From Ferroglobus placidus DSM 10642 (GTDB taxonomy: Archaea > Halobacteriota > Archaeoglobi > Archaeoglobales > Archaeoglobaceae): DNA of 32,000 nucleotides. The position numbers and the translations under genes were made by a program. Under the pieces are notes generated by a model. The model made no database searches, was not told where the DNA came from, and was given only the letters and a program-made list of their open reading frames with translations. Of this stretch, positions 1 to 9,570 are shown piece by piece (position 1 is the first letter of the stretch; each line of letters opens with the position of its first letter). The stretch is taken from contig NC_013849.1 of assembly GCF_000025505.1 (NCBI RefSeq), positions 210,001-242,000 of the forward strand. The letters run 5' to 3'.

Positions 1-364
1 AGTCAGCGTAGCTTTCAGCTTCTTTAGCCTCTTCCACGTTGTCAACCGAAACGCCAACGATCCCGTCAAAAATCTCCTTAATTTTATCCGCCGGCGGATC
101 CTCCTTTCCCACATGAACTCCGTCCGCGTCGCTTAGCATAGCGATATCCAAGCGATCGTTTACGATGAAGATCGCATCGTATTCGTCGCAAAGCTTCCTG
201 ATTTTCCTCGCCACCTCGTAGATTTTTCTTGCCGGCATTCTCTTCTCCCTGAGCTGTATTATCCTCGCTCCAGCTTTTAACGCCATCTCAGCTATTTCCT
301 CGTGCTTCCAGCCGAAATCAGCGGAAGTAATCACATAAAGCCCGCGAATTTTCACAGAAAACAT
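1..364 (-). CDS. thiE: thiamine-phosphate synthase, N-terminal ~121 aa (C-terminus lies beyond the window start)
   Basis: Manual minus-strand translation from the ATG (complement of 362-364) gives MFSVKIRGLYVITSADFGWKHEEIAEMALKAGARIIQLREK...IFIVNDRLDIAMLSDADGVHVGKEDPP...GVSVDNVEEAKEAE. ThiE-like motifs are present (QLREK, FIVNDxxDxA, ADGVHxGxxD). It is absent from the ORF track because it runs off the window edge. Confidence 0.75.
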   Translation of the reverse strand, partial: MFSVKIRGLYVITSADFGWKHEEIAEMALKAGARIIQLREKRMPARKIYEVARKIRKLCDEYDAIFIVNDRLDIAMLSDADGVHVGKEDPPADKIKEIFDGIVGVSVDNVEEAKEAESYAD

Positions 365-402
365 TCAGAAACTTTATTTTTAAGGATTGCGGAGAAACTA
401 CT

Positions 403-729
403 ATGAGAGAACTCGCTGCCTTTGAGGCTGGGATAAAGCTCGGAGCCCTCTTCCATCAATTCGTCGGAATTCCGGTAAGTTTCGAGAACGTGGAGCTCGT
501 TGAAAAAACGATGGAAAGCTGCATGAAGCTTCAGCCATACGTGGTTGACGCTGAGGTGAAGATAGACAAGAGGAAGCTTAAAGAAAGGCTCTCATCCTTC
601 AACTACACGTCCCTCGAAGGAGACATGATTTTCGCGAGGGTGAAGGTGAGGGTTGAAAATGATGAAGTTGAAGCCGTGCTCGAGTACGATAAAAAGCTGA
701 AATACCCTCTCATGAGATTGCTCTTATAA
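403..729 (+). CDS. small conserved archaeal protein, possibly an MptD-type dihydroneopterin aldolase family member
   Basis: 108-aa ORF with an ATG start. An AT-rich TATA-like box (ctttatttttaagg, ~372-385) sits about 25 nt upstream, so the mRNA may be leaderless. The FEAGIKLGALFHQF motif recalls the archaeal COG2098/MptD family, but this is from memory only. Confidence 0.4.
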   Translation: MRELAAFEAGIKLGALFHQFVGIPVSFENVELVEKTMESCMKLQPYVVDAEVKIDKRKLKERLSSFNYTSLEGDMIFARVKVRVENDEVEAVLEYDKKLKYPLMRLLL

Positions 730-1585
730 ATTCGTCGACCATCCTCTTCGGCGGAAAACTCCTTGCTCCGTAGTGCTGAATGTTGTAGGAAGCTACGAAG
801 TTTCCGAGCTTCAAACACTTCTTAACATCGAGCCCGAGAATTCTCCCGTAAAGAAAGCCAGCGGCAAAAGCGTCTCCAGCTCCAGTAGTGTCGACTGGAG
901 TGACTTCAAGAGCTTTTTCGAAGAACCAGACGCCGTTTGAGTAAGCCTCAGCTCCTTTTTTACCCAATGTAACAACGACAGTCGAGCAGTAATCGAAAAC
1001 TCTCTCTCCGAGCAGCTTAAGTTCGGACTCGGAAAGAATCAAGACGTCGACGTACTTCAAAAGTTCTTTCAACTTCCTCAACCCCATGGAAGCGTAAGGA
1101 TAGCCGGGATTGAGAATAACTTCTATCTTAAACTTCTTAGCCTTTTTCGCCACGTCTAAGTGAAAATCGAGGCTCTTCTCGCTCGGATAGGGATCGAGAT
1201 AAACGTAATCGAGATCGAAGAATTCTTCATCGTCTATCTCAACATCGAGATGAGAGGAAGCGTTGGGATGAACAAAGAAAGTTCTTTCTCCACTTCTATC
1301 TACGAAAACCTCCACTATTCCCGTTTTCCCCTCAACCTCCCAGAGCTTTAAAATCACCCCTACTCTCTCCATGCTTTCCCTGAAAATCTTAGCCTCCTCG
1401 TCTTTGCCGATGGGAGAGTAAAATTTTGTCTTCACGCCGAAGCTTGCAAGTCCGAAAATGACGTTTGCAGCAGCTCCACCGGGCAACTTGAAGCTTTCCT
1501 TCACGATCGCATGTCCTCCCCTTTCGGGATATTCGTCGATTACATTTATTACGTCCACTAAAGCCGGTCCGAAGCCTGCGATCAT
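710..1585 (-). CDS. PfkB/ribokinase-family carbohydrate kinase
   Basis: 291-aa ORF with an ATG start. It has the C-terminal DTTGAGDAFAAGFLYG signature of PfkB kinases and an N-terminal GG dipeptide region (LPGGAAANV). Confidence 0.8.
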   Translation of the reverse strand: MIAGFGPALVDVINVIDEYPERGGHAIVKESFKLPGGAAANVIFGLASFGVKTKFYSPIGKDEEAKIFRESMERVGVILKLWEVEGKTGIVEVFVDRSGERTFFVHPNASSHLDVEIDDEEFFDLDYVYLDPYPSEKSLDFHLDVAKKAKKFKIEVILNPGYPYASMGLRKLKELLKYVDVLILSESELKLLGERVFDYCSTVVVTLGKKGAEAYSNGVWFFEKALEVTPVDTTGAGDAFAAGFLYGRILGLDVKKCLKLGNFVASYNIQHYGARSFPPKRMVDEFIRAIS

Positions 1586-1630
1586 CGTTAAAACAAAAGC
1601 TTTAAATTGTTAATAAATTATACTGAAGGT

Positions 1631-2929
1631 GTGAAAGTTGCCATAGTCGGTGGTGGAGCTGCTGGCATGAGTGCCGCTTCAAGAATTAAGAGGCTCAACC
1701 CCAAAATGGACGTTCACGTTTTTGAGAAAAGCAATTTCGTGAGCCACGCTCCCTGCGGAATTCCTTTTTTCGTTTCCGGAATTGTCCGAGATGTTGAAGA
1801 GCTTTGTGCATATACTGCAGATTTTTTCAGAGAGGAGAGGAAAATTAACGTTCACTTAAACGCTGAAGTTGTGGACATCGAGTACGGAAAGCTCGAGTAC
1901 GTTGAAAGAGGAAAGAGTAGAACTTACGAATGGGATTACCTTCTCTTTTCCACCGGAGCGTCTCCGATAAAAATTTCGAGTTCGAAAAAAGTTTACTACG
2001 TAAGGTCGATAGAGGACGCTCCTAAGATAAGAGCAGTGGCTGAGAAGTCCGAAAAAATCGTAGTTGTCGGATGCGGTTATATTGGAGTTGAGGTCGTCGA
2101 TGCTTTGACAAATCTCGGAAAGAAAGTCGTCGTCATTGAAAAAGAGTACCCCCTCCCAGATCACGATTTGGAAATTTCTAAACTGTTGTTAAACGAAATG
2201 AGTAAATACGCAGAGGTTAAATCTGAAGAGGCTGTAGAAGAGGTAAGAGAAGTCGGAGAAAAACTGATCGTAGAGACGAGAGAAAATGAATACGAAGCCG
2301 ACATGGTTATCTCCGCTATTGGAGTGAAACCGAACGTGGAGCTGGCAAAGAAGCTTGGAGTAAAGCTTGGAGAGAGCGGAGCGATAAGGACGGACCCCTT
2401 CCTCAGAACGAACGTGGAAAACGTTTACGCAGCCGGAGATTGTGCTGAAACTACGAACATCGTAACCCAAAAACCGGACTGGATACCATTAGCTGCTCCG
2501 GCAAACAAAATGGGGTTTGTAGCTGGAAGCAACATAGCCGGAAAGCGAATGAAATTTCCGGGAGCTTTGAAAAGTCAAATGACCTCTTTTAAAGATTTAG
2601 AAATAGGAAAAACGGGATTAAGCGAAAAGGAGGCTAAAAAACACGGATTCGACGCGATTTCCGTTACGATTACTTCACGAGCTACGGCAAAATATATTCC
2701 CAACGGAGAGCTTACCGTGAAGATGGTCGCTGAAAGAAACGGTAGAGTTCTCGGTGTTCAGGCAATAGGAAAAGGTGTGGCTAAACGGATTTATGCGGCA
2801 GCCTCGTTACTCTACAAAAATGCAAAGGTCGAAGATTTCTTTTTCGTTGACCTCCCCTTCTACCCGCCGAAATCTCCCGTTTGGGATCCGCTGGTTGTAG
2901 CTGCGAGAAAACTCATGAAATCAATTTGA
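1631..2929 (+). CDS. NADH oxidase / CoA-disulfide reductase family pyridine nucleotide-disulfide oxidoreductase
   Basis: It has an FAD-binding GGGAAG motif, a redox-active single Cys (SHAPCGIPFF), a second Rossmann motif (VVGCGYIGVE) and GDCA. The ORF track starts at TTG 1607. That codon overlaps a TATA-like tttaaa (1601-1606), so GTG 1631, preceded by GAAGGT, is the more plausible start. Confidence 0.8.
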   Translation: MKVAIVGGGAAGMSAASRIKRLNPKMDVHVFEKSNFVSHAPCGIPFFVSGIVRDVEELCAYTADFFREERKINVHLNAEVVDIEYGKLEYVERGKSRTYEWDYLLFSTGASPIKISSSKKVYYVRSIEDAPKIRAVAEKSEKIVVVGCGYIGVEVVDALTNLGKKVVVIEKEYPLPDHDLEISKLLLNEMSKYAEVKSEEAVEEVREVGEKLIVETRENEYEADMVISAIGVKPNVELAKKLGVKLGESGAIRTDPFLRTNVENVYAAGDCAETTNIVTQKPDWIPLAAPANKMGFVAGSNIAGKRMKFPGALKSQMTSFKDLEIGKTGLSEKEAKKHGFDAISVTITSRATAKYIPNGELTVKMVAERNGRVLGVQAIGKGVAKRIYAAASLLYKNAKVEDFFFVDLPFYPPKSPVWDPLVVAARKLMKSI

Positions 2930-3440
2930 TAAGCTTTTCCAAGTGTTCGAGCTCCTTTTTTATCGCCTCGACCGCTTTAGTGTTATCGAGGTACTCCAGC
3001 ATTCCTCCGCACTTCGGACACATGAAGTTGTACTCCATCGCCTCTTCGTAGCTAACTTTGACGCATCCGTTCTTGCAGAGGTAGTAAACGCTCTGGTCTT
3101 CTTCCTTCAGCTTTTCTTCGAGGTTTCTCTTAGTTTTCGTAAGTTCCCTCAGTAAAACTTCCTTTTCCTTATCGTAGTTCAGCTTCCAGAAATACTCGAT
3201 CCAGCCGGTGTCATCATCTTTGACCCTTCTGTAAGAAGCTAAACCTATCTCGTACAGAGCAAAAAGAGCCTTTCTGACTTCGTTTATTTCCACTCCCAAC
3301 TCGTTGGCTATCTGCTCATCTGTGAACTCTTCCTCCAGACCCATGGAATATATAACGAGGCCGATTTCTCCCGCAACTCTTTCGATCAGCTCTGCCAAAA
3401 GCTCGTCTACTTCACTAATCTCTTCCTCTTTTACCTTCAC
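2913..3440 (-). CDS. tfe: transcription factor E (TFE alpha, archaeal TFIIE-alpha homologue)
   Basis: 175 aa with a GTG start. An N-terminal winged-helix region ([27 protein letters not shown]) is followed by a Zn-ribbon (C..GC...CPKCGG). Confidence 0.8.
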   Translation of the reverse strand: MKVKEEEISEVDELLAELIERVAGEIGLVIYSMGLEEEFTDEQIANELGVEINEVRKALFALYEIGLASYRRVKDDDTGWIEYFWKLNYDKEKEVLLRELTKTKRNLEEKLKEEDQSVYYLCKNGCVKVSYEEAMEYNFMCPKCGGMLEYLDNTKAVEAIKKELEHLEKLIKLIS

Positions 3441-3544
3441 AAAAAATAATTAGAACTTCAACATTTTTTAACTTTACGCAACAAAAGTATATATACTCGC
3501 TAACTCAATTATTCTTGCTGCAGAGAGCGAGCGAGGTGAAAAGA

Positions 3545-4726
3545 ATGAAAGCTCCAAGCGACACAACAAAGTATCTCATTCACGCAGAAATCGTTGCGGA
3601 AGGAGTTGTTGAGCGCCCGGACGTTGTCGGAGCTATATTCGGACAAACCGAAGGATTGCTCGGCGACGATCTGGACCTCAGGGAGCTTCAGAAGACCGGA
3701 AGGATAGGAAGAATAGAAGTGAAAATAGAGAGCAAGTCGGGAAAAAGCTACGGGGAGATAAAAGTGCCGAGCAGCCTTGACAAGATAGAGACGGCAATTC
3801 TCGCAGCCGCTTTGGAAACTATCGAGAGAGTGGGTCCGTGTTCGGCTAAAATCAAAGTTAAGAAAATAGAGGACGTAAGGGCGAGCAAGAGAAAGAAAAT
3901 AATAGAGAGAGCTAAGGAAATCCTGAAGGAGCTGTTCGAAGAGCCTGAGATTGAAAGCGAAAAAATAGTAGAGCTTGTCAGACAAGCGGTGAGGAGCGAG
4001 GAGATAATAGAGTACGGAGAAGAGAAGTTGCCGGCTGGTCCAGCTATTGACGAGAGCGACGCCATAATAGTCGTCGAGGGCAGAGCTGACGTGCTTAACT
4101 TACTCAAGCACGGAATAAAGAACGTCATAGCCGTCAACGGAACAAACATACCGAAGACGATAATCGAGCTAAGTAAAAAGAAGACCGTCACGGCTTTTCT
4201 CGACGGAGACAGAGGAGGAGATCTCATACTCAAAGAACTTCTGCAGGTAGCGGATATCGACTACGTGGCGAGAGCACCAGAGGGAAAGGGCGTGGAAGAC
4301 CTGACGCAGAAGGAAATAATTAAAGCGCTGAGAAATAAAGTTCCGGTTGAGCAAATACTATCGAAGATGGAGAAGAAGGTCGAAGAGAAGGAAACTGCTG
4401 AGAAGGAGGAGAAAGAGAACAAAGAAGAGGAATTTGATCTCATAGCTGCTCTCAGAAAGCACAAGGAGGAAATTGAAGGCAAACTCTTAGCGAGATTCGT
4501 AGACAGCGATATGAACGTCGTGAAGGAGATACCCGTAAGAGACCTCGTGAAAGTGCTGAAGACTAACAACATAAAAGCGAGCGGAATAATATTCGACGGA
4601 GTTATAACGCAGAGAGTTGTTGACATAGCTGCAAAGAAGAACATTAGCTATCTTGTCGGAGTAAGGTTGGGTAGCGTTGTTAAGATTCCGACAAAGCTCA
4701 AAATCATAACCTTTGACGAGCTTTAA
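3545..4726 (+). CDS. dnaG: archaeal DnaG-type primase/exosome-associated Toprim protein
   Basis: It has the TKYLIHA...[15 protein letters not shown]-terminus and a Toprim core ([27 protein letters not shown]...[10 protein letters not shown]). The track starts at TTG 3515. ATG 3545 is preceded by GAGGTGA (3533-3539), with a TATA-like aaagtatatatact at ~3484-3497. Confidence 0.9.
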   Translation: MKAPSDTTKYLIHAEIVAEGVVERPDVVGAIFGQTEGLLGDDLDLRELQKTGRIGRIEVKIESKSGKSYGEIKVPSSLDKIETAILAAALETIERVGPCSAKIKVKKIEDVRASKRKKIIERAKEILKELFEEPEIESEKIVELVRQAVRSEEIIEYGEEKLPAGPAIDESDAIIVVEGRADVLNLLKHGIKNVIAVNGTNIPKTIIELSKKKTVTAFLDGDRGGDLILKELLQVADIDYVARAPEGKGVEDLTQKEIIKALRNKVPVEQILSKMEKKVEEKETAEKEEKENKEEEFDLIAALRKHKEEIEGKLLARFVDSDMNVVKEIPVRDLVKVLKTNNIKASGIIFDGVITQRVVDIAAKKNISYLVGVRLGSVVKIPTKLKIITFDEL

Positions 4727-4779
4727 CTTTTATCTTTTTGAAAAAAATTATATAATCCTCCCTCCAACACCTTTTTTTA

Positions 4780-5604
4780 ATGATAGAATTGCTGATAAAG
4801 CACGCTAAGGAAATTGCTAAAGCAGTAGGAGCGAAGAGAATTGTTTTACTTACCGACGAGTACGTTAATCCGGAAAATATAGACGATAACGACGAAATTA
4901 AAATCGTTCTCTCTCCAGAAAAGTACGTCAATGCTGTGAAGAACACGATATCCATGGCTGACTCTTCTGGCTTCTTTGAGAAGGTTCTCGCAACTCCCGG
5001 AATTTCTGAATTCCTCACAAACTACTTGCAAATAATCGGGGAGTTCGGGAAAAGCGTTCTTGTTGTGAGCGTTGGAACGCTTAAAGGGATTATCGTTCTT
5101 GATGCCGAGAGCAAGTTCGAGAGAGTGCTTAAAGAGTGCTCGAAATACGTTGATCCCGAGGTTTTAAGAGCCGTTATAGCTCTCGCAATATCCATCGGAG
5201 CTGAGGGAAGGGAGGGAAGGAAAATTGGGACTGCTTTCATAGTTGGCGACACAGAAGAAGTTCTGAAGAGGTCGAGGCAAATCGTTCTCAATCCGTTTGA
5301 GGGACACGATGAAAGTGTAAGAGACATAAAGAATCCGGAAAACTGGGAAACGATAAAAGAATTCGCTCAAATAGACGGGGTTTTCATCGTGGATGAGAGA
5401 GGAATAATAGTTGCTGCTGGAAGATACTTGAACGTTGAAGGTGATGTGGAGATAAAATCTGGACTCGGAGGAAGGCATTTGGCAGCTGCTTCGATAACCA
5501 AGAACACCAAGGCTATAGCTGTAGTAGTCTCGGAAAGCGGAGGAAACGTGACAGTTTGGAAAGACGGAAAGATTATCCTTGAAATACCTGTTTCGATGAT
5601 GTAA
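4780..5604 (+). CDS. dacZ: diadenylate cyclase, archaeal DacZ type (DAC/DisA_N domain)
   Basis: The C-terminal half carries DAC hallmarks: GTAFIVGD, DGVFIVDERG, GLGGRHLAAASIT and AVVVSESGGNVTVWKDG. The ~274-aa length and N-terminal regulatory-type domain fit the archaeal DacZ architecture. Confidence 0.75.
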   Translation: MIELLIKHAKEIAKAVGAKRIVLLTDEYVNPENIDDNDEIKIVLSPEKYVNAVKNTISMADSSGFFEKVLATPGISEFLTNYLQIIGEFGKSVLVVSVGTLKGIIVLDAESKFERVLKECSKYVDPEVLRAVIALAISIGAEGREGRKIGTAFIVGDTEEVLKRSRQIVLNPFEGHDESVRDIKNPENWETIKEFAQIDGVFIVDERGIIVAAGRYLNVEGDVEIKSGLGGRHLAAASITKNTKAIAVVVSESGGNVTVWKDGKIILEIPVSMM

Positions 5605-6756
5605 ATGCCGAGGATAATTCTTTTTACCGGAAAAGGAGGAGTTGGAAAAACAACTATTGCCTCAGCTACAGCGTTTTTAGCAAGCGACCTCGGATACAAA
5701 ACTCTCGTAATTTCTTCCGACCCAGCACACAGCCTTTCCGACGCTTTTGAAGTGGAGTTGGGATACAAGCCAACGAAGATAGAGGAAAAACTCTACGGAA
5801 TGGAGGTAAACGTTCAGAAGGAGCTTGAGGAGCACTGGGATACGATAAAAAGGTATTTAGCGTTATTCTTTAAAAGTCAGGGGATAGACGATGTTTTAGC
5901 CGAAGAGCTTGCCATATTTCCCGGATTTGATGAGCTTGCGAGCCTTCTGCACCTCATAGAATTCTACGAAAAGTCGGATTTCGACTTGATAGTTCTCGAC
6001 TGCGCTCCAACTGGAGAGACCTTGAGGCTCTTAAGCGTTCCGGAAGTGGCAAAGTGGTACATGAACAGATTTTTCGGCATAGAAAAAAAGCTTCTGAAGA
6101 TAGTGAGACCAATAGCGGAGCCGATAATTGACGTTCCACTCCCGGACGACAACGTTCTCGATAAAGTGCAGGAACTTTACATAAAAATTGGTAAAGTTAA
6201 AAGCGTCCTCGAAAGTGAAGACACGACGATTAGAATAGTCATGAATCCGGAAAAGATGGTAATAAAGGAGAGCGAAAGAGCTTTCACTTACTTGAATCTC
6301 TTCGGCTATAGAGTTGATGCAGTTATCGTCAACAAGTTGTTCCCCGAGAGGAATGAAGAGTTCGTAAAGAACTGGAGAAAAATTCAAGAGAGATACATGG
6401 AAGAAATAAAAGAAAAGTTCGACCTGCCTATTTTGAAAGCCTACTACAGAGAGAGGGAAGTCGTTGGAAAAGATCTCTTGGAATTCGCCAGAGAAATTTA
6501 CGGGGAGAAAGATCCAACGGAGGTTTTCGCGAAAGAAAAGCCGATGAAAATCTACAGCGAAGACGGTTACATGGTTTTGGCTGTGAAAGTACCCTTCGCT
6601 AAGAAAGAGGAATTGAAGCTTTTGAAGAGAGGAGAAGAGCTGATCATTCTGCTTGGACAGTGGAAGAGGTACATCTACCTTCCCCAAAGCTTGGCTTACA
6701 GGGAAGTTAGCAAGGCTAAGCTCGAAGGTGGAGAGTTAAAAGTTTACTTCAGTTAG
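5605..6756 (+). CDS. ArsA/Get3(TRC40)-family P-loop ATPase with a C-terminal HSP20/alpha-crystallin-like domain
   Basis: It has a deviant Walker A (GKGGVGKTT), a DCAPTGETLRLL switch motif and a C-terminal beta-rich segment (MKIYSEDGYMVLAVKVPFAKKEELKLLKRGEELIILLG...). The ATG follows directly after the dacZ TAA stop (5602-5604), with no spacer. Confidence 0.8.
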   Translation: MPRIILFTGKGGVGKTTIASATAFLASDLGYKTLVISSDPAHSLSDAFEVELGYKPTKIEEKLYGMEVNVQKELEEHWDTIKRYLALFFKSQGIDDVLAEELAIFPGFDELASLLHLIEFYEKSDFDLIVLDCAPTGETLRLLSVPEVAKWYMNRFFGIEKKLLKIVRPIAEPIIDVPLPDDNVLDKVQELYIKIGKVKSVLESEDTTIRIVMNPEKMVIKESERAFTYLNLFGYRVDAVIVNKLFPERNEEFVKNWRKIQERYMEEIKEKFDLPILKAYYREREVVGKDLLEFAREIYGEKDPTEVFAKEKPMKIYSEDGYMVLAVKVPFAKKEELKLLKRGEELIILLGQWKRYIYLPQSLAYREVSKAKLEGGELKVYFS

Positions 6757-6787
6757 CTTTTTATTTTCCTTATTCAAAACTAATTTT

Positions 6788-6970
6788 ATGAAAGAAGTTA
6801 AGATAAAAGTGCCTGAGCCAAAGGACTTCATTTCGGAAAAAGCGCTGCTACACTTTATGAACGCTTACAGAGAGTTTCTCCTCGGAATTAAGGAGCTGGT
6901 GGATTTCGCTATAGAGAAGGCTATTGAGGTTGAGAGGAAGGGAGAGGTTAAAAAGATTGAGATAGAATGA
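6788..6970 (+). CDS. hypothetical small protein (60 aa)
   Basis: The ORF has an ATG start. Its stop overlaps the next gene's start in an ATGA junction (6967-6970), which suggests translational coupling. No family was recognised. Confidence 0.4.
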   Translation: MKEVKIKVPEPKDFISEKALLHFMNAYREFLLGIKELVDFAIEKAIEVERKGEVKKIEIE

Positions 6971-7602
6971 TAGAAATCGTTATTTTTTCAATTTCTCCCG
7001 CCCTCTTCCTCCTCTGGTACTTTTACCACAAAGATAGAATTGAGCCTGAGCCAAAAATTTACGTTTTAGCGGTCTTTTTGTTTGGAGCAACGGTTTCGCC
7101 GCTAATATCTACAATTCTCTCCCTCCCCTTCGCTTTTTCAATTTACGCGCCGGTTTTCATAGCACCGATTTTTGAGGAGGCTTCGAAGCTTTTGGCAGTA
7201 TATATACCTTACAAAAGAGGACAGATGGACGGAGTAATGGACGGAGTTGTTTACGGAGTTGCCGCTGGTCTGGGATTTGCAACAACGGAAAACATAATCT
7301 ATGGTCTGAGTTTCGGAGAAAACGTGGTTTTGCTTAGAGCTATTTTCACTCCAATAGCTCACGCCACGTTTACGGCAGTTTCAGCAGTTGGCTTGGGATT
7401 AATGGCGGAGAAGAAAGTTAATACCGTTCTTCCATTCTTGGTGACTGCAATAGTATTGCATTCTATCTGGAACTTCTTCGCTCTGATATACTTCCCCTTC
7501 AACGCAGTCCTTTTAGTTCTCAACATTCTACTCCTCAGAAAACTCGCGGAGATTGGTTTAAGAGAAGACATGGAAAAAATAGACTACTACCTGTCAAGGT
7601 AA
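6967..7602 (+). CDS. PrsW-like intramembrane metalloprotease
   Basis: This is a polytopic membrane protein. It has the EExxK motif (FEEASKLL), FATTEN, HATFTA and HSIWN motifs typical of the PrsW/CAAX-like protease superfamily. Confidence 0.65.
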   Translation: MIEIVIFSISPALFLLWYFYHKDRIEPEPKIYVLAVFLFGATVSPLISTILSLPFAFSIYAPVFIAPIFEEASKLLAVYIPYKRGQMDGVMDGVVYGVAAGLGFATTENIIYGLSFGENVVLLRAIFTPIAHATFTAVSAVGLGLMAEKKVNTVLPFLVTAIVLHSIWNFFALIYFPFNAVLLVLNILLLRKLAEIGLREDMEKIDYYLSR

Positions 7603-7634
7603 AAAGTTTTATTCAAGCCCAAAAAATTCTGAGC

Positions 7635-9056
7635 ATGGACGTGAAAATAGGACTGGAAGTGCACGTTCAGCTGAATAAATTAAAGACGAAGCTCTTCTGT
7701 TCATGCTCACTCGATTATCATAAAGACGAGCCGAACACTCATGTTTGTCCGGTATGCCTCGGATTGCCGGGAGCCATGCCAGTTTTGAACGAAGAAGCTG
7801 TAAAAGCAGCTGTAAAAGTTGCCTTAGCTTTAAATGCGGAAGTTCAGCCTGTTACCATATTCGACAGAAAGAACTACTTCTACCCCGATCTTCCCAAAGG
7901 TTTTCAGATAAGCCAGTACGACATGCCCCTCGCCAAAGGTGGATACGTAGTGATAGAAACTGAAAACGGGGAGAAGAGAATAGACCTCAAGAGAATACAC
8001 ATGGAAGAAGATCCGGGCAAGCTCGTTTACAAAGGAAGCATAACCACAGCAAAATACAGCCTGATAGACTACAACAGAAGCGGAGCTCCCTTGCTTGAGA
8101 TCGTCACAGAGCCGGTGATTAGCTCTCCTAAAGAGGCGAGACTTTTCCTAAACAAGCTCAGGATTATTTTGGAGTACTTAGACGTTTTCGACAGCGAGCT
8201 CGAAGGAGCTATGAGAGTTGACGCAAACATAAGCATAGCTGGAGGAGGGAGAGTAGAGATAAAGAACATCTCAAGCTTCAAAGGAGTGGAAAAAGCTCTT
8301 ACTTACGAGATTACGAGGCAAAAGAATTTGCTGAAGAGGGGGATGAAAGTAGAAAGAGAGACGAGACATTTCGATGAAGCGAACAACATAACAGTATCCC
8401 TCAGAAGCAAAGAGGAAGAGCAAGATTACAGATACTTCCCCGAGCCCGATCTCGTTCCAGTTTATACGTCAGAGTTTATCGAGATAGCCAAGGCTGAACT
8501 TCCAGAAATGCCGGAGGAGAAGAGAGAAAGGCTCATGAGAGAATACGGAATCAGCTTGGAGAAGGCGAAAATCCTTGTTCTCGACCCTAAAATGGCTGAT
8601 TACTTCGAGATCGTCGCTAAAGAAGTTGATCCGAAAGTTGCCGCGAGCTGGATAGTCGATGTTTTCAGGGGGGAGCTTAACTATAGAAGCATGAGTTTCA
8701 GAGAAGCTTTCAACGTTTTCAAGCCCGAAGAGTTCGTAAAACTTCTGAAACTCTTTCTTGAGGAAAAAATAACGGAAAAAGGAGTCGTGGAAGTTATAAG
8801 GAAAAAGCTCGACGAAGGGGGAGAGGTGGAAGAAATAATAGAGAAAGAAAAGCTTTACGCGATTCCAAAATCCGAAATTGTGAGACTGTGTAAAGAAGCG
8901 ATAGAAAAGAATCCAAAAGCCGTAGAAGACTACAAAGCCGGCAAAAAACAGGCTGCGAATTTCCTGGTTGGGTACGTGATGAAAGCGACAAGAGGAAGAG
9001 CTGATCCGGCTGAAACCGCGAAAATTATAAGGGAAATGCTTGAGAAACTTACTTGA
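7635..9056 (+). CDS. gatB: Asp-tRNA(Asn)/Glu-tRNA(Gln) amidotransferase subunit B
   Basis: It shows [41 protein letters not shown] and a C-terminal GatB/YqeY tail ([18 protein letters not shown]). The 473-aa length fits GatB rather than GatE. Confidence 0.9.
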   Translation: MDVKIGLEVHVQLNKLKTKLFCSCSLDYHKDEPNTHVCPVCLGLPGAMPVLNEEAVKAAVKVALALNAEVQPVTIFDRKNYFYPDLPKGFQISQYDMPLAKGGYVVIETENGEKRIDLKRIHMEEDPGKLVYKGSITTAKYSLIDYNRSGAPLLEIVTEPVISSPKEARLFLNKLRIILEYLDVFDSELEGAMRVDANISIAGGGRVEIKNISSFKGVEKALTYEITRQKNLLKRGMKVERETRHFDEANNITVSLRSKEEEQDYRYFPEPDLVPVYTSEFIEIAKAELPEMPEEKRERLMREYGISLEKAKILVLDPKMADYFEIVAKEVDPKVAASWIVDVFRGELNYRSMSFREAFNVFKPEEFVKLLKLFLEEKITEKGVVEVIRKKLDEGGEVEEIIEKEKLYAIPKSEIVRLCKEAIEKNPKAVEDYKAGKKQAANFLVGYVMKATRGRADPAETAKIIREMLEKLT

Positions 9057-9420
9057 CGATATTTTCCTTTCTCGAAATAAATTTCTCTATCTTTTCAACT
9101 AATTCCATCTTTTTTATGGGCTTTTCAATTATATCCACTGCTCCAGCCTTTAGCATCTCCTTCCCCTTGTGAGGAGCGTAAGCGGTGATGGCTAACACGA
9201 CGGCGTTAGGATCAATGGACTTTATAATTTTCGTCGCCGTAATTCCGTCCATTTTTGGCATGAGAATGTCCATCAAAACGATATCGGGTTTGTGTTTTTT
9301 GTACAACTCTATAGCCTCCTCTCCATTCGTAGCTGTTATGACTTCGTAATACTCGGAGAGCATCATTTTTAGCAGATCAAGTAAGATTAAATCATCGTCA
9401 ACGACCAGCACCTTTCTCAT
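9049..9420 (-). CDS. stand-alone CheY-like response regulator receiver domain
   Basis: The 123-aa product starts VLVVDDD and has the phospho-acceptor context [10 protein letters not shown], a T (AITA) and a K (KP). GGAGGTG lies 7 nt upstream of the ATG. The 3' end overlaps gatB by 8 bp in convergent orientation. Confidence 0.85.
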   Translation of the reverse strand: MRKVLVVDDDLILLDLLKMMLSEYYEVITATNGEEAIELYKKHKPDIVLMDILMPKMDGITATKIIKSIDPNAVVLAITAYAPHKGKEMLKAGAVDIIEKPIKKMELVEKIEKFISRKENIVK

Positions 9421-9570
9421 CAGTGCACCTCCAGTTTTTCATTATTGTGATAGTTATGTTGAAAGTACTTAATCTTTTCGGTAATAGATACTTTTTGACC
9501 CTTTAACAAACGATAATTACTATGAGAATAGTAAGTTTTAATTAGGGTGCAGCGATGAAAAATAAATTAG

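Noticed and set aside
3509-4644. Long antisense ORFs within dnaG (3509-3985, 3748-4233, 4169-4354 and 4261-4644, all on the minus strand).
   Set aside because: These are shadow frames of a GAA/GAG/AAG-rich coding strand. Their products are Ser/Leu/Phe-rich low-complexity sequences with no start-site signals.
6031-6687. A 218-aa minus-strand ORF inside the ArsA/Get3-like gene.
   Set aside because: It is antisense to a gene with clear Walker A and switch motifs. It has no motifs of its own and shows typical shadow-ORF composition.
7635-9056. GatE (archaeal Glu-tRNA(Gln) amidotransferase subunit E) as an alternative to GatB.
   Set aside because: The 473-aa length and the C-terminal YqeY-like tail fit GatB. 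GatE is about 150 aa longer, with an inserted AspRS-like domain.
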